NCBI GenBank assembly: GCA_963738405.1
Contig: CAVTWJ010000001.1
Span: forward strand, 160,001 to 224,000
Direction of reading: 5' to 3'
Source: a candidate division FCPU426 bacterium
GTDB lineage: Bacteria > Oederibacteriota > Muellerivitia > Muellerivitales > Muellerivitaceae
DNA length: 64,000 bases
Positions 9,553 through 19,852 of this stretch are shown in pieces. Under the pieces are notes generated by a model. It ran no database searches, was not told where the DNA came from, and saw only the letters and a program-made list of their open reading frames with translations. How positions within the stretch are numbered: position 1 is the first letter of the stretch; every line of letters starts with the position of its first letter. The translations under genes were made by a program, and so were the position numbers.

Positions 9553-10332
9553 ATGCCTAAACGTCGTAAGGGTGGCCACGAGGCGGGATTGGAGATGGAA
9601 TCCGGCGGGATGATGCGTTGGCTATTAACCTATGCCGACTTGATCACCTTGCTTTTGGCTACTTTTATTATTCTTTTCGCGACTGCAACACAGAGTAAGG
9701 CGATCGTTCAGGAAATAAAGGCTCAAATTCGCGCTGTCTTTGGACCGATAGTTGGAAATACATCGATTCTCCAGAGTTCTGCCGCCAATTCTGGTGAACA
9801 CTACAAAGTATTACCGGGGGAACCGGAAGAAGGTGGCCCTGGGGGAATACAAAAACCAACCCGCGCAGAGGGGACTGGTGGTGAAATTAATGCCAAGGAA
9901 CTTTCTAAAATCCTTCAAAAACAATTGGGCGCAAACAAAGTTCAAATTCGAAAGGAAGCCAGAGGATTGGTAGTTAGTTTGTTGACGGACAAAGTTCTCT
10001 TTGATTTGGGAGATATTCATATTAAAAAAGAAATGATCCCTGTGTTGGATCAAATTGGGGACTTTTTACAACGCAATCCCCAGAATAGGATAGCGGTTGA
10101 AGGGCATACGGATGATTTAACCATTCATTCTGCTAAGTTCCCGGGTAATTGGGAACTTTCAGCTCTTCGTGCAACGTCAGTAGTTAAGTTTTTTGTAACG
10201 CAGCGCGGATTGGATCCAAGCCGTTTTTCGGCGGCGGGTTATGCCGAATACCAACCCTTGGTGCCAAACATCAGCGAAGCGAACCGTCGAATGAATCGTC
10301 GGGTTGATATAGTTATTTTGAAGTTGAACTAA
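9553..10332 (+). CDS. motB: Flagellar stator MotB
   Basis: WLLTYADLITLL TM with conserved Asp; OmpA-like domain EGHTD, NWELSALRA, NRRVDI. Confidence 0.96.
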   Translation: MPKRRKGGHEAGLEMESGGMMRWLLTYADLITLLLATFIILFATATQSKAIVQEIKAQIRAVFGPIVGNTSILQSSAANSGEHYKVLPGEPEEGGPGGIQKPTRAEGTGGEINAKELSKILQKQLGANKVQIRKEARGLVVSLLTDKVLFDLGDIHIKKEMIPVLDQIGDFLQRNPQNRIAVEGHTDDLTIHSAKFPGNWELSALRATSVVKFFVTQRGLDPSRFSAAGYAEYQPLVPNISEANRRMNRRVDIVILKLN

Positions 10333-10348
10333 ACTAGGAGGATCGAAC

Positions 10349-10822
10349 ATGGCAGATCAAGGAGAGAGAGGCTCTCGCGGGGTATTAACCATCATTCTGG
10401 CTATCACCGGAGCATCGCTTCTCTTGCTTATTTTGATGGGAGGCGGAATGTTCATGCTTTGGTCTTCTAAGACGGAATCAAAAGAAGCCAAAATAATTGA
10501 ACAGAAACCCGAACCGGGCAAAATATTCAACTTGGGAAGTTTTATCGTCAATTTGGCTGATGAGGAAGCTTCGAGATATGTAAATGCTGAAGTCCAACTT
10601 GAATATAGCAAGGTCAATAAAGAATTGGATGTGGAAATTAAGGAGAGGGCGCCACAATTTCAAGATTTGGTGAACACCCTTTTAAACGATCGTAAGGCCG
10701 CAGAATTATCTACAGCGGAAGGTAAGGAACGCTTTAGAAGAGATCTTCAATTAAAGATCAATGAAACCCTTAAGTTTGGGACTGTCACCAACGTGTTCCT
10801 CACAAAATTCGCCATTCAGTAA
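10349..10822 (+). CDS. fliL: Flagellar basal body protein FliL
   Basis: Single N-terminal TM, FIVNLAD, C-terminal VFLTKFAIQ. Confidence 0.93.
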   Translation: MADQGERGSRGVLTIILAITGASLLLLILMGGGMFMLWSSKTESKEAKIIEQKPEPGKIFNLGSFIVNLADEEASRYVNAEVQLEYSKVNKELDVEIKERAPQFQDLVNTLLNDRKAAELSTAEGKERFRRDLQLKINETLKFGTVTNVFLTKFAIQ

Positions 10823-10854
10823 TTTAATGGCGCTGGGGAAAGAAGGATTCAAAC

Positions 10855-11889
10855 ATGGATGACCTTTTAAGCGACGGTGAGGTAAGCGCTCTTCTTTCGG
10901 AACTTGATGTCGACATGTCCGGAAGCAGTTCTCCGGCCGCTTCGGAGATGGCTTCCGTGTCCGCACCTGAAAGTGGCGTAACGGTCGATGAGCAAGGCCG
11001 TAAAATCAAAACGTACGATTTTAATCGCCCCAACCGTTTTTCCAAGGATCATATGAGAACCTTGGAAATGCTTCATGAGATATTTTCTAGAGGGTTCACG
11101 GCTTCTGTAGCAGCTTATTTACGAACTGTTGCGGAAATTAAGGTTGTTTCGGTGGTTCAACTCCCTTTTCGTGAATACACGATGTCCCTTCCGCGACCCG
11201 ATTGTATTTTCGTTGTTAAAATGGAACCACTCGATGGATCGTTTTTGTTGGAAATTAATCCTGAGTTGGTTTTGCTTTTAATTGACAGAATTCTTGGTGG
11301 CCCTGGCAAGGCCCCTACTGCTGCGAGGGAGTTAACATTAATTGAACAATCGGTCATTGAAAAAATAATCAACCGAGGAATGGAAAATCTTCAAGAAGCC
11401 TGGCTCAAAGTGGGCCATTTTCAACCGAAATTAAGTGGTTATGAAACAACCGCGCAATTTGTCCAAATCGTTGCGCCCAGTGAAATTTCAGCGGTTATAG
11501 AGTTTGAAGTAAGGGTAAATGATGTGGCCGGAAAGATGTCCATGTGTATTCCTTACGTGGTTTTGGAACCGATCATTGGTGATTTGTCCGCTCAAAAGTG
11601 GTTTACAGTTGGAAAAAAGGAGTCCACTTCGGAGACTGTTGAGAGCCTGACGAAGGTTATGAAAGAAACGAAGGTGCCGTTTGTTGTTGAAGTGGGAGCA
11701 GCCCAAATTACGGTTCAAGATCTTTTACGGCTTAAAGCGGGGGACGTCGTTCGTTTAAACACAAGTCCGAACAATGAAATTGACGTTCATATCGAAAGCT
11801 TGGTTAAATTCAAAGGTCGGCCTGGAGTTTCGTCCAAGAAAAAGGCTATTCAAGTAACAAGAATAATTTCACGAGATGAAAAAAGTTAG
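10855..11889 (+). CDS. fliM: Flagellar motor switch protein FliM
   Basis: LSDGEVSALL N-peptide, YDFNRPNRFSKD, LGGPG, RELTLIE, C-terminal SpoA domain. Confidence 0.96.
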   Translation: MDDLLSDGEVSALLSELDVDMSGSSSPAASEMASVSAPESGVTVDEQGRKIKTYDFNRPNRFSKDHMRTLEMLHEIFSRGFTASVAAYLRTVAEIKVVSVVQLPFREYTMSLPRPDCIFVVKMEPLDGSFLLEINPELVLLLIDRILGGPGKAPTAARELTLIEQSVIEKIINRGMENLQEAWLKVGHFQPKLSGYETTAQFVQIVAPSEISAVIEFEVRVNDVAGKMSMCIPYVVLEPIIGDLSAQKWFTVGKKESTSETVESLTKVMKETKVPFVVEVGAAQITVQDLLRLKAGDVVRLNTSPNNEIDVHIESLVKFKGRPGVSSKKKAIQVTRIISRDEKS

Positions 11890-11904
11890 GATCAAGGTGA
11901 AGTA

Positions 11905-12861
11905 ATGTCAGATATTTCTGCTCTTGAAGCCTTGGCAAATGATATTGCCGGGAAATGGACCCAAACATTAACGTCTTTGTTGGGCCGTGATGTCGTTGTT
12001 AATGCGCCTGTCGTAAAACCTGAGGATGCGAATGCATTCTTATCAGGGTTAACAGGTTCATGGCTTGTCACGACACTTAAAGGTATGGGCGGTTTTCCGG
12101 GTTCAGCCTTATTATTAACCGGCGAAAAGAATTCGGCAATAATTGCAGACTTATTGATTGGGCAAGATGGTACTAGCGCCCCTGAGAGAGTTACTGAGTT
12201 GCATCTATCAGCGTTTGGAGAAGTCGTTCAACAATTAATTGATGCAATTAATGGTGGAATTCAACAATCAGTAGGTTCAAATGCAGGTTATACGGTTTTG
12301 TCAACAGAGTCAAAGACTGCGGGTGATTTAGCGATTCTGATTAAGCCATTGGGTTCCCCTCTTGTGTTTGTTTCTTTTGCATTAGCTGTTCCGGGCCTTA
12401 TTGCCGGTGAGTTTTGGATTTGCTTACCCGATTCAGCAGTCGCAAGACTGTCTAATCCAACGGGAAAACCTTTGGCAACTCAGTTGCCGAAGGAGACCCC
12501 CGTTCAACCAAGAGGTGTTAGTAATAACGCCCAAATGAACGCAGGAGGTGCTTTAATGCAACAATTTGAACAGGATTTTTCAGGTTCGGCTCGTCAGGGC
12601 GGTAACATCGGCCTACTTTTAGACGTTCCTTTGAAACTAACCGTAGAACTAGGCAGGACAACGAAACTTGTCAAAGAAATCTTGGCACTTGCGCCTGGTT
12701 CGGTTGTGGAACTGGATAAATTGGCGGGAGAAGCTGTAGATATATTAGTGAATGAAAAGCCCATTGCAAAAGGTGAAGTCGTTGTAATTGACGAGAATTT
12801 CGGTGTTCGGATAACGGAAATATTGAATCCGGAGGAACGGCTTACAGCTGTCCAAGCCTGA
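11905..12861 (+). CDS. fliY: FliY/FliN switch protein (degenerate CheC-like domain + FliN domain)
   Basis: C-terminal LLDVPLKLTVELGRT...GEVVVIDENFGVRITEI; N-terminal CheC-like region (IIADLLIGQDG...ELHLSAFGE). Confidence 0.88.
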   Translation: MSDISALEALANDIAGKWTQTLTSLLGRDVVVNAPVVKPEDANAFLSGLTGSWLVTTLKGMGGFPGSALLLTGEKNSAIIADLLIGQDGTSAPERVTELHLSAFGEVVQQLIDAINGGIQQSVGSNAGYTVLSTESKTAGDLAILIKPLGSPLVFVSFALAVPGLIAGEFWICLPDSAVARLSNPTGKPLATQLPKETPVQPRGVSNNAQMNAGGALMQQFEQDFSGSARQGGNIGLLLDVPLKLTVELGRTTKLVKEILALAPGSVVELDKLAGEAVDILVNEKPIAKGEVVVIDENFGVRITEILNPEERLTAVQA

Positions 12862-12883
12862 CACGGCTTTAGCAAAGTTTTTT

Positions 12884-13576
12884 ATGCGCCACCACCCCAT
12901 TAATGATAATGGTTTTTTTCGATATTTTATTTATCTAGCCTTTTTGGTATGGGCTAGCGGGTTTATTTTGCCAAATCGGTCGATGGGAATCGAACCTGAT
13001 TCTCCACTTTTTGAAACCAATTCAATTACGACAACAGGTAATGGATCTCAAAATCTTCCTTTGCCTTTGTCGCAAGAATTGCCAAGCGCAACCCCCAGTC
13101 TTTTAGATACTTTAGGCCGTGTTCTCGCGGCATTAACTTTGATAATCGTTTTAATAGTCGCAACTGTATGGGGCCTCAAACTAATTTGGGAAAAGAGGGG
13201 TTTGACCCTGAAGGGAGAAGATGGAAAATCGCTTCGAATACTTTCCTCCATATTCATTGCTCCGAGAAAAACGATACATTTAGTTGAGGTGGGAAAAAGA
13301 ATACTGGTGGTAGGGGTGGGAAATGAGGAGATTCACCCTTTAGATGTTATTGCTGATCCGGTTGAAGTAGAGGCACTCAAAAGAAATTCTACTCAGGGTT
13401 TCCCTGTTCTGTTGGAAAAAATACTTCATAAATCCGATGGGCCTGCCGTTGTCGCTGACACTGAAAAAATAGTCGCGGAAAGTAAAAAAACTTTGGACGG
13501 GTATATCGAACGCCTTAAAAAAGCATCGCCAAAAAAGAAAAAGGACTCCGGCGAAAGTGACGGATTGGATTTATGA
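12884..13576 (+). CDS. fliO: Flagellar biosynthesis protein FliO
   Basis: TM segment followed by IAPRKTIHLVEVGKRILVVGVG; between fliY and fliP. Confidence 0.88.
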   Translation: MRHHPINDNGFFRYFIYLAFLVWASGFILPNRSMGIEPDSPLFETNSITTTGNGSQNLPLPLSQELPSATPSLLDTLGRVLAALTLIIVLIVATVWGLKLIWEKRGLTLKGEDGKSLRILSSIFIAPRKTIHLVEVGKRILVVGVGNEEIHPLDVIADPVEVEALKRNSTQGFPVLLEKILHKSDGPAVVADTEKIVAESKKTLDGYIERLKKASPKKKKDSGESDGLDL

Positions 13577-14325
13577 AAAAGGCATTGCTGAGGGTTTATT
13601 TAAGTCTGATCTTTTTATTGCTTACGACGGAATTTATTGGAGCCGCGGATTTTCCGTTTCCGGCGCTTAAATTTGGCGTGGAACAGGCAAAAACCCCGCA
13701 AGATGTTGCTTTAAGTCTACAAATTATTTTAGTTTTAACTGTTCTTTCGCTTGCGCCCGCCATTTTGATTTTGATGACTTCGTTTACTAGAATCGTAATA
13801 GTGTTGGCGTTCTTGAGGCAGGCTTTGGGGACACAGCAAGTCCCCCCCAATCAAGTTCTTGTAGGATTGGCATTGTTTCTTACTTTTTTTACCATGCAGC
13901 CAACTTTCAATCTGATCGACAAAGAATCCCTTACGCCTTACTTAGCTGGAAAACTAAGCACATCGGAGGCGTTTAAAAAAGGGGAAGGCCCATTACGGCA
14001 ATTTATGTTCAAACAAACTCGCGAAAAAGATTTGGCTTTATTTGTGGCGCTTTCAAAATCGAGTCGGCCCCGAACACCTGCGGACATATCCACCTGGGTT
14101 CTAATTCCTGCGTTTGTAATTAGCGAACTCAAAAAGGCTTTTGAGATGGGGTTCATTATTTTTATCCCATTTTTGGTTATCGATATGGTGGTTTCTTCTG
14201 TCTTAATGTCGATGGGAATGTTGATGCTCCCGCCCGTATTGATATCGTTGCCGTTTAAAATACTTCTTTTCATCATGGTCGATGGATGGAATTTAATTGT
14301 CCGATCCATTGCACTCAGCTTTTAA
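13573..14325 (+). CDS. fliP: Flagellar export gate FliP
   Basis: MTSFTRIVIVL, PPNQVL, LIPAFVISELK, PFKILLFIMVDGW. Confidence 0.98.
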   Translation: MKKALLRVYLSLIFLLLTTEFIGAADFPFPALKFGVEQAKTPQDVALSLQIILVLTVLSLAPAILILMTSFTRIVIVLAFLRQALGTQQVPPNQVLVGLALFLTFFTMQPTFNLIDKESLTPYLAGKLSTSEAFKKGEGPLRQFMFKQTREKDLALFVALSKSSRPRTPADISTWVLIPAFVISELKKAFEMGFIIFIPFLVIDMVVSSVLMSMGMLMLPPVLISLPFKILLFIMVDGWNLIVRSIALSF

Positions 14326-14339
14326 GGGAAGGAAATAAC

Positions 14340-14609
14340 TTGAGTGTCGAGTTTATATCTGATCTTGCGACAAGAGCTCTGTGGGTTACTCTTCTTGTTT
14401 CCGCGCCCATTCTTGGACTTGGGTTAGCGGTTGGCGTCGCTGTTTCAATTTTTCAAGCAGTTACCCAAATTCAAGAAATGACTCTTACCTTTATTCCTAA
14501 GGTAATCGCAATATTTTTGGCAATTCTTATATTTGGGAAATGGATGATTTTGATTCTCCTGAATTTTACTTCCAATCTTTGGAGCAATTTACCTCAATAC
14601 GTCAAGTGA
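14340..14609 (+). CDS. fliQ: Flagellar export gate FliQ
   Basis: FQAVTQIQEMTLTFIPK; TTG start at 14340 after AGGA. Confidence 0.96.
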   Translation: MSVEFISDLATRALWVTLLVSAPILGLGLAVGVAVSIFQAVTQIQEMTLTFIPKVIAIFLAILIFGKWMILILLNFTSNLWSNLPQYVK

Positions 14610-14615
14610 GCAACC

Positions 14616-15410
14616 TTGCCAACAAATCCATTTGATTTTAATTCCAAAGATGTGGTTGCTTTCGTTCTGATCTTGGTAAGATTGGCGGGCCTTTTTATTA
14701 CGGCACCCGTTTTTTCCAGCCGAAATATTCCTCCTCAATTGAAAGCCGCTTGGGTTTTGCTTATGACCCTTCTCGTTTTCCCTGTCGTTTCCTATCAACC
14801 CATTGCGATTCCAACCCCGGGGTTGGCTTTGGGTTTGGCGGTTGTTAAGGAGGCAGCAATAGGTATGTGTTTGGGGTTTGGGGCTTTGCTTTTATTTACT
14901 GGCATCCAAATGGCGGGCCAAATAATTGACATTCAGATGGGACTTGGAATGGTGAATATTATAGACCCCGTTACAAATGCTCAAATTTCAGTAATGGGAC
15001 AGTTTTACTTTATGATTGCCACCTTAGTATTTTTGGCAGTGGATGGCCACCATATTCTTATCAGAGCTGTGGTTGATAGTTTCTCTGTAATCCCTTTAGG
15101 GGAGGCTCATTTCACGGCAGCGCTGGGAACAGAAATGATGCATTTATTTTCTAGGGTGTTTTTTATTGCTTTTCGTGTTGGGGCTCCCGTTATAGGCGCA
15201 TTGTTTATTACAAACCTTGCTTTGGGAGTGGTGGCGAGAACTGTGCCTCAAATGAATGTTTTTATTGTTGGAATGCCTTTAAATATGGGAGTGGGTCTTT
15301 TAATCGTTGCTGTTTCAATGAGTTTCTTTGTTTATATATTGCAAGATATGTTTCAGGGGAAACATGGACTGGGGTGGGATTTAGCTATTTTGATTAAATC
15401 TTTAAAATAA
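14616..15410 (+). CDS. fliR: Flagellar export gate FliR
   Basis: Multi-TM; AGQIIDIQMGL, DGHH, RTVPQMNVF. Confidence 0.96.
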   Translation: MPTNPFDFNSKDVVAFVLILVRLAGLFITAPVFSSRNIPPQLKAAWVLLMTLLVFPVVSYQPIAIPTPGLALGLAVVKEAAIGMCLGFGALLLFTGIQMAGQIIDIQMGLGMVNIIDPVTNAQISVMGQFYFMIATLVFLAVDGHHILIRAVVDSFSVIPLGEAHFTAALGTEMMHLFSRVFFIAFRVGAPVIGALFITNLALGVVARTVPQMNVFIVGMPLNMGVGLLIVAVSMSFFVYILQDMFQGKHGLGWDLAILIKSLK

Positions 15411-15430
15411 ATACAAAAGGAATCTAGGCA

Positions 15431-16483
15431 TTGCCTGACCCATCAAAAACAGAAAAACCTACCCCACATCGAATAAAAGAGGCTAGGGAAAGGGGCCAGG
15501 TCGCTCGTTCGGTCGAAATAAATTCTGTAGTTGTTTTATTGGCTGGGTTATTGACTCTGCGATATGCCGGACCTTACATGGTGGATTCCCTCCGAGACGT
15601 AACGGTTTTTTTCTACCAAAACATGAATACGACCCTTGGGACAGAAAATATTTACACGTATGGAATTTTTTTGATGGGGAAAACTTTTCTTATTTTAGCC
15701 CCGGTTTTGGGAGTCATTTTGATGGTGGGCCTTTTGGCTAACTATCTTCAAGTAGGTGTTCTTTTTTCTTTAAAGCCAATGACCCCTAAATTCAACAACA
15801 TAAATCCAATAAATGGTTTTCAGCGATTGTTTTCGCGCAGATCCTTGGTGGAATTTATTAAATCAATATTAAAGCTTTTGATTATAGGTTGGATAGCGTT
15901 TGGTGGGGTCAAGGCGGCATTGCCGCAATTGGTACCAGCGATGGATATGGAGGGAACAGAAGCTTTGGGGTTGATTGGAACCTTGGCTATAAACATTATC
16001 AATCGAATCATTTTGGTCCTGGTAGTCTTGGCTATTTTAGATTACCTCTATCAAAAATGGGATTACGAGGATAATTTACGCATGTCAAAACAAGAAATAA
16101 GGGACGAGTTTAGGCAAGCAGAAGGCGACCCGATGATTAAGGCGAGAATCCGCCAAATTCAGAGGGAAATGACAAGAAGGCGCATGTTTGATGCGATCCC
16201 TCGAGCGGATGTGGTGATTACCAATCCCACTCACGTGGCAGTAGCTTTGGAATATAAAGAAGGAATGCAGGCACCCGTCGTTTTAGCAAAAGGCGAAAGA
16301 GTTGTTGCAGAGAGAATCAGGGATATGGCTGTTAAAAACAGGGTACCCATTGTTCAAAATCCACCTCTTGCTCGAGCTCTTTTGAAGTCCTGCCCGGTTG
16401 GAGCTCCTATATCACCTGATTTATTTGAAGCGGTTGCGGAGGTATTGGCCTTTGTTTACCGATTGAACAAACAGCACAGATAA
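15431..16483 (+). CDS. flhB: Flagellar export protein FlhB
   Basis: KTEKPTP, EGDPMIK, autocleavage motif NPTH. Confidence 0.98.
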   Translation: MPDPSKTEKPTPHRIKEARERGQVARSVEINSVVVLLAGLLTLRYAGPYMVDSLRDVTVFFYQNMNTTLGTENIYTYGIFLMGKTFLILAPVLGVILMVGLLANYLQVGVLFSLKPMTPKFNNINPINGFQRLFSRRSLVEFIKSILKLLIIGWIAFGGVKAALPQLVPAMDMEGTEALGLIGTLAINIINRIILVLVVLAILDYLYQKWDYEDNLRMSKQEIRDEFRQAEGDPMIKARIRQIQREMTRRRMFDAIPRADVVITNPTHVAVALEYKEGMQAPVVLAKGERVVAERIRDMAVKNRVPIVQNPPLARALLKSCPVGAPISPDLFEAVAEVLAFVYRLNKQHR

Positions 16484-16573
16484 AACCGGCAATTGGGGAA
16501 AAAGGAAGCATGACCGCAAAGCTTTTTGCGGTTAAAATATCGGTTCCTGATCACATGTGAAGTAGAGGAAAAA

Positions 16574-18649
16574 ATGGCTGAAACAACTACAATCACCAAT
16601 ATCCAAAAGAATAGCGATTTATTTATCGCCTTCGCCCTGGTTATGGTGATCTTAATGTTGTTTATTCCGCTCCCGCCTATTGTTTTGGATCTTTTGATCT
16701 CTGTCAATATCACCATGGCTTTGGTAGTTGTACTCATAACCATGTATACCCTAGAACCGCTCCAGTTTTCGATATTTCCAACCTTACTTCTCATTACTAC
16801 ATTGTTTAGGTTGGCCCTTAATGTTTCGGCAACTCGCTTGATACTGTTGCATGGAAGCGAAAGCACCAGTGCGGCTGGAAAGGTTATTGAGGCAATTGGC
16901 GCCATTGTCGTTGGTGGGAACACTTGGGTTGGGCTGGTAGTTTTCTTGATTTTAGTCATTATCCAGTTTGTTGTTATTACCAACGGTGCTCAGAGGGTGG
17001 CAGAAGTGGCGGCTCGATTTACCTTGGATGCGATGCCTGGAAAACAAATGGCCATAGATGCGGATTTAAACTCCGGTTTAATTACCGATGACCAAGCTCG
17101 AAAGCGTCGAAAAGAAGTTGAAAGGGAGGCGGATTTTTACGGTGCGATGGATGGAGCGAGTAAATTTGTACGCGGCGATGCGATAGCTGCGATTATCATC
17201 GTTATCATTAATATTCTTGGCGGATTTGCCGTTGGAGTTTTGACGGGGGGGTTGGGAATTTTGGAAGTTTTTCAACGATATACCCTACTAACCGTTGGAG
17301 ATGGTTTGGCCACACAAATTCCAGCTCTAATGTTATCGACAGCCACTGGTATTGTAGTTACGCGTGCCGCATCAGACAGTAATCTTGGAACAGATTTAGT
17401 CAAACAAATTATAGCTCAACCTCGCGCTCTTTGGATTGCATCGGGTGTCATTGCGATGATTGGAATCTACATGTTCAATATTCCATTGCTTTTTATTTCT
17501 TTTGTGACGGGGGGGGTGGCCTATTTCATTCAGCGTGGAATAACAATGGAAGACTTGGAGACGGAGAAAGCCAAGAGTCAGGCCCCTGAAAAGAAAAAAG
17601 AACCAGAAAATGTAACTTCACTTCTATCGGTTGATCCTTTAGAGGTAGAAATCGGATACAGCTTGATTCCGCTGGTGGATGAAGCCCAAGGTGGGGATTT
17701 ATTGGAAAGAATTACGGGTATTCGGAGACAAATGGCGGGAGATTTAGGATTGGTTATTCCACCCATTCGGATACGCGATAATATGCAACTTCAACCCTCA
17801 GAATATATGATCAAATTAAAGGGTGTGGAAGTGGCCCGATGGAAGATCATGCCTGGACATTTATTAGCCATGTCCACCGGTCCTGATATGGTGAAGATCC
17901 CCGGCATACCTACTAAAGAACCTACCTTTAATTTGGCAGCATTTTGGATTACCGATGAAGAGAAAGCCCAAGCCGAACAAGCTGGGTACTCGGTTGTGGA
18001 CGCTTCCACAGTGATTGCAACTCATCTTACTGAAGTGATAAGAAATCAGGCTCACGAATTCTTGACGCGCCAGAGTGTTTCGAAGCTTTTGGATCAAGTC
18101 AAAAAGGAATCTCCGGCAGTCGTGGATGAGATGATACCCAGTCAATTGTCTATAGGGGACATGCAAAAAATACTCCAAAACCTGTTAAAAGAGCATCTCC
18201 CAATTCGAGATATGGAAAGTATTCTTGAGGCGGTTGCCGATCATGTGAAGGAAACAAAAGATACTCAAATATTAACTGAATACGCCAGACGATCATTGGC
18301 AAGATCTATTACGAAGCAGCATATTTCTGCGGAAGGGAAGGTTTATGCTTTGACATTAGAACCGAAGTTTGAAAAAACCATTATGGATTCCGTTCAGGCT
18401 GCTGAATCTGGAGCTTCGGCGGCTCTTGATCCCCGTATTCTTCAAACGATGTTTAGGAGTCTTTCAACTGGAATAGAAAAAATGGCCCAACAAAATCGAC
18501 AACCTTTAGTTCTTTGTTCGGCAAATGTTCGCCCTTATTTTAAAAGAATGATTGAAAGGTTTATTCCACATTTAACCGTACTGTCCTTTAACGAATTACT
18601 TCCGCGTACCGAAATCCAATCGGTAGGACTTATCGAGGCAAATGGATGA
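16574..18649 (+). CDS. flhA: Flagellar export protein FlhA
   Basis: RVAEVAARFTLDAMPGKQMAIDADL, FYGAMDGASKFVRGDA; ATG at 16574 after GAGG. Confidence 0.98.
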   Translation: MAETTTITNIQKNSDLFIAFALVMVILMLFIPLPPIVLDLLISVNITMALVVVLITMYTLEPLQFSIFPTLLLITTLFRLALNVSATRLILLHGSESTSAAGKVIEAIGAIVVGGNTWVGLVVFLILVIIQFVVITNGAQRVAEVAARFTLDAMPGKQMAIDADLNSGLITDDQARKRRKEVEREADFYGAMDGASKFVRGDAIAAIIIVIINILGGFAVGVLTGGLGILEVFQRYTLLTVGDGLATQIPALMLSTATGIVVTRAASDSNLGTDLVKQIIAQPRALWIASGVIAMIGIYMFNIPLLFISFVTGGVAYFIQRGITMEDLETEKAKSQAPEKKKEPENVTSLLSVDPLEVEIGYSLIPLVDEAQGGDLLERITGIRRQMAGDLGLVIPPIRIRDNMQLQPSEYMIKLKGVEVARWKIMPGHLLAMSTGPDMVKIPGIPTKEPTFNLAAFWITDEEKAQAEQAGYSVVDASTVIATHLTEVIRNQAHEFLTRQSVSKLLDQVKKESPAVVDEMIPSQLSIGDMQKILQNLLKEHLPIRDMESILEAVADHVKETKDTQILTEYARRSLARSITKQHISAEGKVYALTLEPKFEKTIMDSVQAAESGASAALDPRILQTMFRSLSTGIEKMAQQNRQPLVLCSANVRPYFKRMIERFIPHLTVLSFNELLPRTEIQSVGLIEANG

Positions 18650-19839
18650 GAATCAAACGGTATGAAGCTCCCACGATTCAAGAGGCTCTTATGAAAGTTA
18701 AGAAAGATTTGGGCCCTGAAGCGGTAATTCTTTACACGAAAACGTTCCGTAAGGGAGGGGTTTTGGGACTGTTTGGGAAACCGGTGGCGGAGATTACTGC
18801 GGGAGTAGAGCTGAATCTTATGGACGATATGGCTCGCCGCAAAGGATCTTCCTCGAATATTCCACCAATTTTGGAGCGGAGCGAGGTTACTTTACCACAG
18901 AATATTTTATCGCCCGCTGGACGTACGGTTGGAACGCTTGATCCTGCAAGAACAAAGGTTAAGGCTCTCCAAAGAGAATTAAACGAAATGAAAACTTCAA
19001 GCGTCGCAAGTTTAATCAAGGAAATGCAACGCCCCGAAAATGGTGCGATTTTGTCTGAAGGATTTAATAAATTAAAAAAGAAACTCGCCAAACAGGAAGT
19101 CGAAGAATTTTTGGTACAAAAAATTATTAAAGGGATGATTAATGAAAAAATAGATCCTGATCGTCCTGATGAGGTTCAATTGTGGATCAACAAACAAGTT
19201 GCGGCCTCTCTGAAAACGGCTCCTCCTATTTCCTTGGGTGGTTTTCAAAAAGTTATCGCTTTTGTTGGGCCAACCGGAGTTGGGAAAACTACCACCCTTG
19301 CAAAATTGGCAGCACGATTTAGTTTGATGGAAGGTAAAAAGGTTGCGATGGTTACGGCAGATACATACAGAATTGCCGCAACGGAACAATTAAGGACTTA
19401 TGGGCGAATCATGGGAATCCCAGTAGAGGTGGCAAATGGTTCGGACGAGATTATTTCTGTGCTTAATCGGCACAAGGGGGCAGATTTGATTTTGGTGGAT
19501 ACCGCAGGCCGTAGCCCTTCGAACGAAGAGCAATTGGAAGAGTTGAAAGAGTTTATCGCAAAAAGTCACGCAGATGAAATTCATTTAGTCTTGTCTGCCA
19601 CAACGAAATACTTAGATATGATTCGTATTATTGAACGATTTGGTATGGCTGCACCCATAAACAGGATGATATTTACTAAGTTGGATGAAACGCGTTTCTA
19701 CGGTGCGTTTTTAAATCTGATGAATAATTTCCAAATTCCACTGGCATATTATTCTACGGGTCAAAATGTTCCAGATGACTTGGAAGTGGCTGATGTCCCG
19801 TTGCTTGCGGAAAGAATCACAAAGGCTCTTTTAGGTTGA
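18646..19839 (+). CDS. flhF: SRP-family GTPase FlhF
   Basis: VKKDLGPEAVIL N-terminus, GPTGVGKTTT, DTAGRS, TKLDE, GQNVPDD. Confidence 0.97.
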   Translation: MRIKRYEAPTIQEALMKVKKDLGPEAVILYTKTFRKGGVLGLFGKPVAEITAGVELNLMDDMARRKGSSSNIPPILERSEVTLPQNILSPAGRTVGTLDPARTKVKALQRELNEMKTSSVASLIKEMQRPENGAILSEGFNKLKKKLAKQEVEEFLVQKIIKGMINEKIDPDRPDEVQLWINKQVAASLKTAPPISLGGFQKVIAFVGPTGVGKTTTLAKLAARFSLMEGKKVAMVTADTYRIAATEQLRTYGRIMGIPVEVANGSDEIISVLNRHKGADLILVDTAGRSPSNEEQLEELKEFIAKSHADEIHLVLSATTKYLDMIRIIERFGMAAPINRMIFTKLDETRFYGAFLNLMNNFQIPLAYYSTGQNVPDDLEVADVPLLAERITKALLG

Positions 19840-19852
19840 GGAAAGGCTTTTA

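Noticed and set aside
6816..18649. Export genes as a non-flagellar injectisome
   Set aside because: Accompanied by stator, rod, hook and ring genes, with no secretin; clearly flagellar.
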